Below, piece after piece: positions 10,902-20,191 of a stretch of 64,000 nucleotides of DNA. A program made the translations under genes and the position numbers. The stretch is from NCBI GenBank assembly GCA_023150875.1, contig JAKLKC010000004.1, positions 15,993 to 79,992 of the forward strand, given 5' to 3'. How positions within the stretch are numbered: position 1 is the stretch's first letter; every line of letters starts with the position of its first letter. The notes beneath the pieces are model-generated. The model had not been told where the DNA came from. It saw only the letters and a program-made list of their open reading frames with translations, and did not search any database. This stretch comes from Myxococcota bacterium. GTDB taxonomy: Bacteria; Myxococcota_A; UBA796; UBA9615; JAKLKC01.

Positions 10902-11771
10902 ATGCGCGCGATCCCGACCACCATGATCTACCTGCTCGGCCTCTCCGTCTCGGCGTTCGGTTGCGGGGGCGGAAACGGCGACGACGACGACTCCGCCGCC
11001 ACCGACGACGACACCGCCGACGACGACACCGCCGACGACGACACCGCCGACGATGACACCTCCGCGGCGCCCCTGGTGACCTTCACCGGCTCGGTGCTGG
11101 ACTTCGGCTCCTTCGCCACCCCCGCCGACGTGACCACCCTGACGGTGGCCGTCGCCGATCCCAGCCCCGCCATCGCGGGGGGCGTGCCGGAGGTCCTGGC
11201 GGTCGGCACCCCCGACGCCTCGGGGGCCTTCAGCATCTCCGGCGTGGACGCCGGCGGCGCCACCCTGGGGGTGCTGCTCATCGTCGACGACGCCGCCGAC
11301 GCCTACGTGGCCACCGCCACCGGCGTGCCGGTGTCCTGCTACCAGGGCCTCCCCGACGGAGGCACCTGCGCCGACCGCACCGCGTTCGCCATCACCGCCG
11401 TCGCCCACGGGAGCCTGGTGGCGGGCCTCAACACCGCGGGGTGGGTGGGGACGTCCATCGTCGACGTCGGCAGCTTCGTCGGCTTCGTCCAGGCGGCCGA
11501 CGGGTCCCCCCTCGGCGGCGCCACGGTCAGCGGCACCGGCAGCCCCACCGTCTACTACGCCGACGCCGACCTCTCCAGCAGCCCCAACGACGCCTTCGTC
11601 ACCGGGGTGGACCCCAACGTCGCCACCGACGCCGCCGGCGGCGGCCTGTTCGTGATCCCCGAGGCGGGGATCGGCAGCTACTCGGTGGATCACCCGGACC
11701 ACAGCTTCACCTCCATCACCGCGGGCTCCCAGCCCGGCACCATCCTGATCGTCGCCTTCACCGCCTCCTGA
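10902..11771 (+). CDS. Putative secreted/lipoprotein with Asp-rich tandem repeat (DDDTA x4)
   Basis: ATG 10902 after gaaagttcc. Signal peptide MRAIPTTMIYLLGLSVSAFGC followed by GGGNGDDDDSAATDDDTADDDTADDDTADDDTS, encoded by 15-bp tandem repeats (gacgacgacaccgcc) at ~10975-11050. Remainder is Gly/Thr/Val-rich and beta-like. Confidence 0.7.
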   Translation: MRAIPTTMIYLLGLSVSAFGCGGGNGDDDDSAATDDDTADDDTADDDTADDDTSAAPLVTFTGSVLDFGSFATPADVTTLTVAVADPSPAIAGGVPEVLAVGTPDASGAFSISGVDAGGATLGVLLIVDDAADAYVATATGVPVSCYQGLPDGGTCADRTAFAITAVAHGSLVAGLNTAGWVGTSIVDVGSFVGFVQAADGSPLGGATVSGTGSPTVYYADADLSSSPNDAFVTGVDPNVATDAAGGGLFVIPEAGIGSYSVDHPDHSFTSITAGSQPGTILIVAFTAS

Positions 11772-11833
11772 CGGACCGCGCCGGGGCACCACCCCCGGTG
11801 CTCGCTCCCCGTCTCCGTGCTAGGTTTCGGGCC

Positions 11834-14800
11834 ATGCACCGGGGCCCGCACCTCCTCCTCGCCACCTCCCTCCTCCTCGCGGGTCCCGCCGGCGCGGCCG
11901 AGCCGTGGGGCTCCTACGCCCAGCTCTCGGGCTCCAACGGGTTCTCTCCTTTCTCGTTCAACGGCGCCGCCGACCTGTCGGGGCGGCCGGCGGCGGCCCT
12001 GGACCAGCTCTGGGCCCACCCGTGGCAGCGGCTCTCCCCGGACGGGCCCGAGGCCCGGGACCTGCTCCACGAGGCCTGCTTCGGCTGGCGGGTCGCCGGC
12101 GCCACGGGCTGGGCCGACGACCCCGCGCGGCTGCTGTCCGCGTCGTACCTGCCCGGCACGGGGATCGTCACCGCCGTCCACGACCTCGGCGAGCTGCGCC
12201 TGACCCAGTACGCCTTCGCCCCCATGGGGGCCGGCGCGCCAGCCCTGGCCCTGCTGGCCCGGGTCGAGAACGTGTCGGGCCGCGACCTGGCGGACGTGTC
12301 GATCTACTCCCTGTTCGACCTGGAGCTGGGCACGGACCGGGGGGACGGCCGGTGGGTGGCCGGCGAGCAGGCGAAGTGGCTCTCGTCCCCCGGGGCCTAC
12401 GTGGAGCAGGGGGCGGGCCGCGCCGCCGCCGCGGTGTACCTGCCCCTGGGGGAGGTCTACGCCCACGGCGCCTCCCCCGAGGACCCCCGGGCCGTCGTGG
12501 AGTCCGGCGACTACTTCCAGGGCACGGCCATCACCGGGGTCCGGGACGACGTGGTGGCCGCCTACGAGTTCCGCCTGGGGGACGGGGGACGGGTCCCCGC
12601 GGGGTCCACCCACTGGGTGGGGGCGCTCATCGCGCCGTCGGACGGGGGGGACGCCGAGGCCCTCGCCGCCGCCGCCGCCGACCTCGCCGCCGACCGGGGT
12701 CCCGAAGCGATCCTCTCGGACGAGCAGGCGTCCTGGGAGCGGTTCCAGGCGGGGATCCCCGCCGTCCCCGGCGCCTCCACGGACCTGGCCGAGGTGCTGG
12801 CCCGGCAGGCGGCCTTCCTGCGGATGTTCCAGGTCCGGGAGCCCGGAGGGCCCTACGGGCAGGTCACCGCCAGCGGCGTCGCCGCGGCGCCGGTGGGGGG
12901 CGGGACCCACGTGTGGAACATCACCTGGCCCCGGGACGCCGCCTACGCCATCGCCGGGATGTCCCGGGCCTGCATGCTGGACGAGGCCCGGGACGCCCTG
13001 GGCTTCTTCTTCGACGGCGAGGCCTCCCTCTACCAGGACTGGGTGGGGCGCCCCTACCTGATCTCGGTGTGCCGGTACACCGGGGACGGCACCGAGGAGA
13101 GCGACTGGAACGCCGACGGCCCCAACATCGAGTACGATGACTTCGGCCTCTTCCTGTGGGCCCTTTCGGAGTACGTGACCCGCTCGGGGGACGAGGAGCT
13201 GCTGCGGGAGCGCTGGGACGCCGTGCGGGACGGGGTCGGGGACGTGCTGCTCTCGCTGGTGGACGACCACGGCCTCGTGGAGCCGGACTCGTCGATCTGG
13301 GAGACCCACTGGTACGGGCGCCAGGCGCACCACACCTACACCTCGGCCTTCGCCGTGGCGGGGCTGCGCCGGGGGGCGGAACTGGCGGACCGGGTGGGGG
13401 ACGGCGAGACCGCCTCCCGGTGGCGGGAGGGCGCCGACGGGATCGCCGCGGCCATCGGCGCGAAGCTGGTGGACCCCGCGACGGGGGTGCTGGCGAGCAA
13501 GCTGGAGGAGCTCCCCCTGGGCCCGGGCGGCTACGTGGACGCCGCGGTGGTGGAGGCGTTCAACCACGACGTGCTGGACCCCGGCGGGGCCGTGGCGGTG
13601 GCGACCCTGGCGGCCTTCGACGAGAGGCTTCGCCTCGCCTCGGGGGGCTACAAACGCAACGACGACGGCGACCTGTACGACGAACACGAGTGGGTGATGA
13701 TCGACCTGCGGATCGCCACCGCCCTGCGCCGCGCCGGGCGCGCGGGCGACGCCCAGGCCCTGCTGGACTGGGTGGTGGGCCAGGCGCGGGCGAACGCGGA
13801 CATCGTGCCCGAGCTGTACGAGCCCACCACCTTCGCATACGCCGGACCCGCGCCGATGATGGGCTTCGGCGCCGGGGCCCTGTGGGTGACCGCCACCGAC
13901 GCCCTGGACCTGGACGCCGACCTCCCCTGCCCGGTGGTCGAGGAGGAGATCCCCCCGGAGGAGGGCGGGGATCCGGCGGGGGAGGGGTGCGGAGACTGCG
14001 GGATGGCGGGCCGCTCGACGGGCCCACCCCTGGGGGTGGCCTTGCTGGCCCTGGCCGCCGCCCTCCGCCGCCGCCCCCGGAGCCTGCCCGCCGCCCTCGC
14101 CGCCGCCGGCCTGGGGCTGGGGGGCTGCACCGAAGAGGCGTCCGACTGCGTGGCCCCGGACGCCCCCACCACCACCGCCGCCGCCATCGACCCCGACGTC
14201 CCCGCCCGGATCTCCTTGTGGGAGGACGGTCTGCCCGGCCACGACGTCACCGTGAGCGCCGCCTCGGGGGATCGGGTGGAGGCGGTGGCGGGGCCGGACG
14301 GCACCCTGGACCTCACCCCCGCCCCGGGCTGGACCGGCACCGACACCGTGCGGGTGACGGTGGCCCGGGCCTGCGCCGCCACCGAGGCCGAGGTCGCCGT
14401 CACCGTGCGCGAGGAGGTGGCCCGCACCTGCGGCACCACCCTGAGCTACACCCCCACGACCCCCGCGGGATCGGTGGCGGTCGCCGGCACCTTCAACGGC
14501 TGGGACCCCGCCGCCACCCTCCTGTCCCGGCGCTCCGACGGCTCGTGGGAGGTCACCCTGGACCTGGAGCCGGGGACCTACGCCTACAAGTTCGTGCTGT
14601 GGAGCGGCGAGGGGGGCACCGGCAGCCAGGGCTGGACCTGCGATCCCGCCGCGTCGATGTGGCAGTGCGACCGCGGGTACTCGTGGTCCGAGGCCTGCCA
14701 GGTGGGGGACGGCGCCTGCAACTCCATGCTCCGGGTGGAGGACTGCCGGGTCCCGGAGGTCCGCCTGGAGTCCCTGTCGGGGGACCGCCAGGGGGGGCGG

Positions 14801-16576
14801 ATCTCGGCGCGGCTGCACCTGCTCCGGGGCGCCGGGCGGGGGGCCCTCTCCCCCGCCTCCCTGGCCGTGACCCTGGGGGGCGAGGACGCCATCCAGCACG
14901 TGACCTGGACGGACGGGGGATCCGCCTCGGGGGTGCGCCTCGCCCTGGACCGGGACGGCCTGCCCCCGGGCAAGCACACCCTCCGGGCGCGGGTGTCCGA
15001 CGAGGCGGGGGGGACCTCGGAGGAGTTCTTCCTGCCCCTGTGGAGCGGCGAGCCCTGGGACTGGCGCCAGGCCGCCCTGTACTACGCCTTCGTTGACCGC
15101 TTCGAGAACGGCGATCCCGGCAACGACGAGACCTACGGCGTCTCGTGGCCCGCGGACTACCACGGCGGCGACTGGGCGGGGGTGCTGGACCGCCTGGACT
15201 ACCTGGAGTCCCTGGGGATCACCGCCCTGTGGCTGAGCCCTCCCCAGGACAACCCCGGGGGGTCCTGGGCCGGCACCTGCGCCGAGCGCTACACCGGCTA
15301 CCACGGCTACTGGCCCGGCGATCCCCACGCCCCCGAGGACCACTTCGGCACCGAGGAGGACCTCGCGGACCTGGTGGACGCCGCCCACGCCCGGGGGATC
15401 CGGGTGCTGGTGGACTACGTGGGCAACCACGTCCACGAGGACCACCCCTACTACGCCGAGCACGCCGCCGACGGCTGGTTCACCGATCCGTGGATCTGCG
15501 GGGAGGACGACGGCTGGAACCAGGCCCCCGAGACGTGCTGGTTCGACTCCTTCCTGCCGGACGTCGACTACTACCGCACCGACACCCTGGACCGCTTCGT
15601 CGAGGACGCCCTGGAGTGGGCGCGCCGCTACGACCTGGACGGCTTCCGCATCGACGCCGTCAAGCACATGCCCCACTCCTTCCACGCCAACCTCCGGGCG
15701 CGGCTGAAGGAGGAGGTGGAGCGCGGGGGGGCGCTGGAGACCGGGCTGGTGGACTCCTTCTACCTGGTGGGGGAGACCTTCACCGGCGACGCCGGGCTGA
15801 TCGGGAGCTACGTCTCGGACACCGAGCTGACCGCGCAGTTCGATTTCCCCTTGTATTACGCCATCTTGCAGGCGTTCGCCCGGTACGAGATCGACCTCGC
15901 CCAGTTCGAGGACGCCGCGGTGGGGCTCCGGGACTACTGGGGCTTCGAGGGGCCCATGTCCAACTTCCTGGGCAACCACGACGTAGACCGCTTCATCGCC
16001 CACGCCTCGGGGCAGGTCGCCAACCTCTGGGGTTCCAACCTGTGCGACGACGACGGTTACGGCTGGCCCGCCCCGGGGATCGCCCCCACCGATCCCACCG
16101 CCTACGACAAGCTGATCCTGGCGTGGAGCTTCCTGTTCACCTGGGAGGGGATCCCGCTGGTCTACTATGGCGACGAGATCGGCCTGCCGGGCTTCCACGA
16201 CCCCGACAACCGCCAGGACATGCGCTTCGACGCCGCCCTCTCCGCCGACCAGGCCCGGGTCCTGGACGCTGTCCGCCGCCTGGGCCAGGGGCGCAAGGCG
16301 CACCCGGCGCTGTGGAAGGGCAACCGGAACACCTGGTGGCGGGGCACCGAAGTGTGGGCCTACGGCCGGGTCCACGGCGACGACGCCGCGCTGGTGGTCC
16401 TCAACCGGGCCTGGGACGGCGCCACCCTGACCAACGGCCTCTCGTGGGCGGGCCTGCCCTTCCTGGGCACCTACCGGGACCTGCTGACCGACGAGACCTT
16501 CAGTCCCGCCGGGGACTCCCTGACCGTCACCCTGGGGGCGCGCCAGGCGAGGGTGCTGGTGTTCGAGCCCCCGTGA
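11834..16576 (+). CDS. Giant multidomain alpha-glucan hydrolase: N-terminal GH15 (glucoamylase/glucodextranase-like), internal MYXO-CTERM-like plus signal-peptide-like segment, starch-binding (CBM48/E-set-like) module, C-terminal GH13 alpha-amylase catalytic domain
   Basis: ATG 11834 is in the same frame as the 11441..16576 track ORF. Signal peptide MHRGPHLLLATSLLLAGPAGAAEP. GH15-like motifs NITWPRDAAYAIAG and SSIWETHW. CBM-like ...VAGTFNGWDPAATLLSRRSDGSWEVTLDLEPGTYAYKFVLW. GH13 regions I VLVDYVGNHV, II GFRIDAVKHM, III LVGETF, IV FLGNHD. No stop separates the domains (see findings). Confidence 0.7.
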   Translation: MHRGPHLLLATSLLLAGPAGAAEPWGSYAQLSGSNGFSPFSFNGAADLSGRPAAALDQLWAHPWQRLSPDGPEARDLLHEACFGWRVAGATGWADDPARLLSASYLPGTGIVTAVHDLGELRLTQYAFAPMGAGAPALALLARVENVSGRDLADVSIYSLFDLELGTDRGDGRWVAGEQAKWLSSPGAYVEQGAGRAAAAVYLPLGEVYAHGASPEDPRAVVESGDYFQGTAITGVRDDVVAAYEFRLGDGGRVPAGSTHWVGALIAPSDGGDAEALAAAAADLAADRGPEAILSDEQASWERFQAGIPAVPGASTDLAEVLARQAAFLRMFQVREPGGPYGQVTASGVAAAPVGGGTHVWNITWPRDAAYAIAGMSRACMLDEARDALGFFFDGEASLYQDWVGRPYLISVCRYTGDGTEESDWNADGPNIEYDDFGLFLWALSEYVTRSGDEELLRERWDAVRDGVGDVLLSLVDDHGLVEPDSSIWETHWYGRQAHHTYTSAFAVAGLRRGAELADRVGDGETASRWREGADGIAAAIGAKLVDPATGVLASKLEELPLGPGGYVDAAVVEAFNHDVLDPGGAVAVATLAAFDERLRLASGGYKRNDDGDLYDEHEWVMIDLRIATALRRAGRAGDAQALLDWVVGQARANADIVPELYEPTTFAYAGPAPMMGFGAGALWVTATDALDLDADLPCPVVEEEIPPEEGGDPAGEGCGDCGMAGRSTGPPLGVALLALAAALRRRPRSLPAALAAAGLGLGGCTEEASDCVAPDAPTTTAAAIDPDVPARISLWEDGLPGHDVTVSAASGDRVEAVAGPDGTLDLTPAPGWTGTDTVRVTVARACAATEAEVAVTVREEVARTCGTTLSYTPTTPAGSVAVAGTFNGWDPAATLLSRRSDGSWEVTLDLEPGTYAYKFVLWSGEGGTGSQGWTCDPAASMWQCDRGYSWSEACQVGDGACNSMLRVEDCRVPEVRLESLSGDRQGGRISARLHLLRGAGRGALSPASLAVTLGGEDAIQHVTWTDGGSASGVRLALDRDGLPPGKHTLRARVSDEAGGTSEEFFLPLWSGEPWDWRQAALYYAFVDRFENGDPGNDETYGVSWPADYHGGDWAGVLDRLDYLESLGITALWLSPPQDNPGGSWAGTCAERYTGYHGYWPGDPHAPEDHFGTEEDLADLVDAAHARGIRVLVDYVGNHVHEDHPYYAEHAADGWFTDPWICGEDDGWNQAPETCWFDSFLPDVDYYRTDTLDRFVEDALEWARRYDLDGFRIDAVKHMPHSFHANLRARLKEEVERGGALETGLVDSFYLVGETFTGDAGLIGSYVSDTELTAQFDFPLYYAILQAFARYEIDLAQFEDAAVGLRDYWGFEGPMSNFLGNHDVDRFIAHASGQVANLWGSNLCDDDGYGWPAPGIAPTDPTAYDKLILAWSFLFTWEGIPLVYYGDEIGLPGFHDPDNRQDMRFDAALSADQARVLDAVRRLGQGRKAHPALWKGNRNTWWRGTEVWAYGRVHGDDAALVVLNRAWDGATLTNGLSWAGLPFLGTYRDLLTDETFSPAGDSLTVTLGARQARVLVFEPP

Positions 16577-16595
16577 CCCCCGGGGCGATCCCTGA

Positions 16596-18449
16596 TCAGG
16601 GCGCGCGGAGCGCCTCCGCCACCCCCTCCGTCACCAGCACCCGCCCCCGCCGCGGCCCCACCGGCACCGAGAGGCTGCCGTCCGCGGCCACGGTGAAGGT
16701 CTCGCCCGAGCCCATGGGGGAGACGTCCACCAGGCGGGTGCCACCGGGGAAGGCGGTGGCCATGTCCCCCCCGCCCATCTCCGTGGCGCTGGTGGAGGAG
16801 GTCCGGGTGTCGTGGACGTTCAGCACCACCAGGGCCGTCTCCCCCTCGTAGGTGCGCTCGAAGGCGAAGATCCCCGCGTCCTGCTCCTCGCCGGTGCGAT
16901 CGCTGCTCCACCTCACGGCGAGGTCCCCGCGGCGCAGCGGCGCCAGGGAGCGGCGCAGGAGGTTCATGTCCCGGATGAGGGCGAAGGTCTCCCCCGTGGT
17001 GTCGAAGCCCGTCTCCCACAGCACCTCGCGGTTGGCGGGGTCGTTGCCGCCGGAGAAGCCCTGCTCCGTGCCGTAGTAGATGCAGGGGATCCCGTCCTCG
17101 GTGAGCAGCAGGAAGAGGGCGCTGTGCAGCGCCGGGACGTCGGGGCGGTCGTAGAGGAACCGCGGGATGTCGTGGTTGTCGATGAAGTTCACCAGGGCGC
17201 GGGAGGGGGGCACCCCGATCCCCCCGGGCTGGGGGGTGGCCCCGTACCGCTCGAAGCGGGCGGTCCACAGCTCCTCGATCTTCCGGGTGCCCGCCCCCCA
17301 CTTCAGCACGTCGTCGAAGACCTGGAACTTCTGGCTGAAGTAGAACACCGAGTCCAGCTCCCCCTCCCGGGTGAAGGCCGCCAGCTCCTCGTCCCGGCCG
17401 TCGAAGGCCTCGCCGAACATGAGGAAGTTCTCCTTGCCCTCCGAGGCGGCGTGCTCGCGGATGGCGGGGCAGAAGGTCTGCCAGAAGCCGTGCTCCACGT
17501 GCTTGAGGGTGTCGATCCGGAAGCCGTCGAAGTCCACGTCGGTGATCCACTGGCCGAAGACGCGGACCAGCGCCTCCCGGACCTCGGGCAGCTCGGTCTT
17601 GAGGTCCTTGAGCCCCCCCGGGAAGTCGCCGGTGAGGAGCTGGTCGTTCTGCTCCACCGGGATGGAGTCCCCCCAGTCCGTCACCCGGCCACGGCCGTGG
17701 TACCAATCCAGGTCCTGGAACTCCTCGGGCAGGGGGGGCACCCGGTTGACCTCGGGCATGTAGATCCAGGTCATGGGAGCCGGGCCCGAGCCGCCGAGGG
17801 AGGTGAAGGCCTGCACCCCGTCGGGGTCGTAGGGCGGGTCGTACTCCGACACCACCCACACCGGGTCCTGGGCCCGGTCGGCGTCGTCCACGTCGCCGTC
17901 CCCGTCGTAGTCGAAGCCCTCCCAGCCCGAGCCGTAGGTGCTGTCGTCGGGCACGCCGTTGCGGTTGATGTCGTAGTAGAAGAGCTGGCCGACGTGGTTG
18001 GTGACGACGTCCAGGATCACCTTCACGTCGCGGTCGTGGCAGCGCTCCACCAGCTCCCGGAGCTTGGCGAGATCGCCGAAGTGGGGGTTGGTGCCGCCGA
18101 AGTCCTGGGTCCAGTACCCGTGGTAGCCGGCGAACCCGGCGTCGGACTCGACGTTGCGGACCACGGGGCTGATCCACAGGGCGGTGACCCCCAGCTCGAC
18201 GATGTAGTCCAGGTGGTCGATGATCCCCTGCCAGTCCCCCCCCTGGTACTGCCCCAGGTCCCCGGGCCTCACCCCCTGGTCGTTGTTGGGATCGCCGTTG
18301 GCGAAGCGGTCGACGATGACCTGGTAGATGACCTCGTCCCGCCAGTCCTCCACCAGGTTCTGGTGGGCGGGCGCGGTCGAGTCGACCCGACACGAGGCCA
18401 GGGAGGCGGCGAGGGCGGCGAGGGCGAGGAGGCGGCGGCGGGGCTTCAC
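16596..18449 (-). CDS. GH13 alpha-amylase family lipoprotein
   Basis: GTG 18449 with ggag RBS. Lipoprotein signal (M)KPRRRLLALAALAASLASC. GH13 regions ILDVVTNHV, GFRIDTLKHV, MFGEAFDG, FIDNHD. The 1293-aa track ORF upstream of this start is GC-frame noise. Confidence 0.85.
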   Translation of the reverse strand: MKPRRRLLALAALAASLASCRVDSTAPAHQNLVEDWRDEVIYQVIVDRFANGDPNNDQGVRPGDLGQYQGGDWQGIIDHLDYIVELGVTALWISPVVRNVESDAGFAGYHGYWTQDFGGTNPHFGDLAKLRELVERCHDRDVKVILDVVTNHVGQLFYYDINRNGVPDDSTYGSGWEGFDYDGDGDVDDADRAQDPVWVVSEYDPPYDPDGVQAFTSLGGSGPAPMTWIYMPEVNRVPPLPEEFQDLDWYHGRGRVTDWGDSIPVEQNDQLLTGDFPGGLKDLKTELPEVREALVRVFGQWITDVDFDGFRIDTLKHVEHGFWQTFCPAIREHAASEGKENFLMFGEAFDGRDEELAAFTREGELDSVFYFSQKFQVFDDVLKWGAGTRKIEELWTARFERYGATPQPGGIGVPPSRALVNFIDNHDIPRFLYDRPDVPALHSALFLLLTEDGIPCIYYGTEQGFSGGNDPANREVLWETGFDTTGETFALIRDMNLLRRSLAPLRRGDLAVRWSSDRTGEEQDAGIFAFERTYEGETALVVLNVHDTRTSSTSATEMGGGDMATAFPGGTRLVDVSPMGSGETFTVAADGSLSVPVGPRRGRVLVTEGVAEALRAP

Positions 18450-18547
18450 TTCGGGCTCCGGGGGATCGGGGAGCGGCGCGGCCCCGATGATAGACCAGCC
18501 GGCGCCGGGGCGGTCCGCCCAGGGGCGAGGCGGGCGCCGGCCGGGCC

Positions 18548-20191
18548 TCACCGGGGAAGGCGGTCCAGGCGCGGATCCCCGGGCCGGAGGGAGCGGGCGC
18601 GGGCGGCGTGGCGGCGGGCGGCGAGGGGATCCCCCGCGTCGGCGTAGGCCAGGGCCAGGGTGAAGTGGCCGGCGAAGAAGCGGGGGTGGAGGCGGACCGC
18701 CCGGAGGAGCGGCGGGAGGGCCCGATCCGGGCGGTCCGCCTGGAGCCAGGCGTTCCCCACGAGGAGGAGGGCGCGGGGGGAGGGATCCCGCCGCACCGCC
18801 TCCTCGGCGAGGGCCGCCGCCCCCTCGGGCTCCAGCGCCATCAGGGCCGAGGCGCGGTACTGGAGGGCCCGGGCGGGGCGGAGGGCGAGGCGGGCGGCGT
18901 CCCGGAGGAGGGCGGGATCCCCGAGGCGGACCCCCCGGGCCAGCAGGCGGTCCGCCGCCAGGTCCGAGGTGGCCAGGGCCAGCGCCAGGACCGCCGCCGC
19001 GAGCGCCGCGGGCCTCCCCCAGCGGGGGCGAAGCCCGGGGCCCGCCTCCGGCGCCGTCCCCGGCGGCCCCAGGCAGGTCCCCACCGCCAGGCAAGCGAGC
19101 AAGGCGGATCCGGGCTCCCTCAGGACGGGGGACACGGAGCCCAGCACGCCGTAGGCCACCACCGCCGCCCACGCCGGCCCCGGGCGGGGGCGGACCAGCG
19201 CGGCGAGCACGGGGGCGAGCAGGAGGGCGAGGCCCAGGGGGCCGTGCTCCGCGAGGACCTGGAGCCCCTCGTGGTGGGCGTGATCGGCGTTGGTCCACAG
19301 GGCCGCCGCCTCGGGGCGGGCGGCGATCCGGACGGCCTGGGCCTCCAGGAAGGCGGCGTGGAAGGCGCCCGGGCCGGTCCCCAGCGGCAGGGCCCCCCGG
19401 GCCACCTCCCAGGAGATCCCCGCCAGGTGCAGCCGACCGCGGACGTGATCGGCCACGGTGGGCAGCGCCAGGACCCCGAGGGACGCCGCCCCCGCCCCCG
19501 CCGCCAGGGCGACGGCGGCCCTCCGCCCCCCGGGCCGGCACCCGACCCACGCGATCCCCCACGCCGCCGCCCCGGCTCCCGCCGCCACCCGCGCGCCCAG
19601 GCTCCCCGAGGCGACCATCGCCCCCACCTGGAGCGCCGCGGCCGCCCCGAGGGCCAGCCGCTCGCCGGGGCGGCGGCATCCTCCGCGACCCAGCCCCCCC
19701 GCGGTGAGCGCCAGGGTGCCCACCAGGAAGCCCGCCAGCAGGTCGGGGTTCCCGAACGCGCCGCCGGGGACGGCGAGGCCCGGGACCGCCGCCAGCGCCC
19801 CCGCCAGGGCCGCGGGGCGGGCCAGCCCCGGGGTCGCCGGCCCCGGTGAGGCCACGAGGCTCCCCAGCGCCAGCGCGGCGATCCAGCCCGAGTGCGTCAC
19901 CCAGGCGGCCAGCCCCCCACCGGGATCGGCGCTCCCCGGCGCCCGGGCGAGGGCCAGGACCGCCAGCCCCGCCCAGGGCAGCCACCGGCGCGCCGGGACC
20001 GCCCTCGCCCCGGGGAGGAGCGCCACCGCCAGGGGCAGCACCCCCCACGCCAGCCAGGCCCGGACCGCCCCCGCCCGGGCCTGCCCGGGGAGCCAGGCGA
20101 CGGCCAGGGCGACCAGGGCCGCCCCGGCGAGGGCGGCGGGATCGGGTGGGAGGGCGTGGGGGGCCCGGGCCGGCGGGATCCCTCCCCTCAC
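18548..20191 (-). CDS. O-antigen ligase/polymerase (Wzy_C) family membrane protein with C-terminal TPR repeats
   Basis: Polytopic membrane protein with the Wzy_C-type motif [25 protein letters not shown] (H-x-x-L-x-x-x-x-E-x-G). C-terminal ~150 aa contains TPR-like repeats. Start overlaps the stop of the upstream HEAT gene (20188/20191). Confidence 0.7.
   Translation of the reverse strand: MRGGIPPARAPHALPPDPAALAGAALVALAVAWLPGQARAGAVRAWLAWGVLPLAVALLPGARAVPARRWLPWAGLAVLALARAPGSADPGGGLAAWVTHSGWIAALALGSLVASPGPATPGLARPAALAGALAAVPGLAVPGGAFGNPDLLAGFLVGTLALTAGGLGRGGCRRPGERLALGAAAALQVGAMVASGSLGARVAAGAGAAAWGIAWVGCRPGGRRAAVALAAGAGAASLGVLALPTVADHVRGRLHLAGISWEVARGALPLGTGPGAFHAAFLEAQAVRIAARPEAAALWTNADHAHHEGLQVLAEHGPLGLALLLAPVLAALVRPRPGPAWAAVVAYGVLGSVSPVLREPGSALLACLAVGTCLGPPGTAPEAGPGLRPRWGRPAALAAAVLALALATSDLAADRLLARGVRLGDPALLRDAARLALRPARALQYRASALMALEPEGAAALAEEAVRRDPSPRALLLVGNAWLQADRPDRALPPLLRAVRLHPRFFAGHFTLALAYADAGDPLAARRHAARARSLRPGDPRLDRLPR

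Noticed and set aside
10975-11050. 15-bp tandem nucleotide repeats (also 25665-25790, 42530-42670) as possible CRISPR or VNTR elements
   Set aside because: They are in frame inside lipoprotein genes, encode the DDDT(A/S) repeats, and have no unique spacers, so they are not CRISPR arrays. Reported as coding repeats instead.
11690-16375. 1561-aa minus-strand ORF antisense to the GH15-GH13 gene
   Set aside because: Composition dominated by G/P/R/A/V (e.g. GGGGGGG, PQGGDPQG runs), no recognisable motifs, and fully antisense to a gene with clear GH15/GH13 motifs. Typical high-GC phantom frame.
16590-16601. ccctgatcaggg palindrome between the convergent amylase genes as a bidirectional terminator
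   Set aside because: Only a 5-bp stem with no flanking T/A tracts. Too weak to call a terminator.
16812-18647. 611-aa plus-strand ORF antisense to the GH13 lipoprotein gene, and similar antisense ORFs (18608-19849, 22243-23880, 23691-26327, 27464-29356, 33221-35659, 35286-37625, 45604-48585, 48504-50645)
   Set aside because: All are R/G/P/A/H-rich with poly-Gly/poly-Arg stretches, lack any family signature, and overlap on the opposite strand or alternate frame genes that do carry clear motifs.
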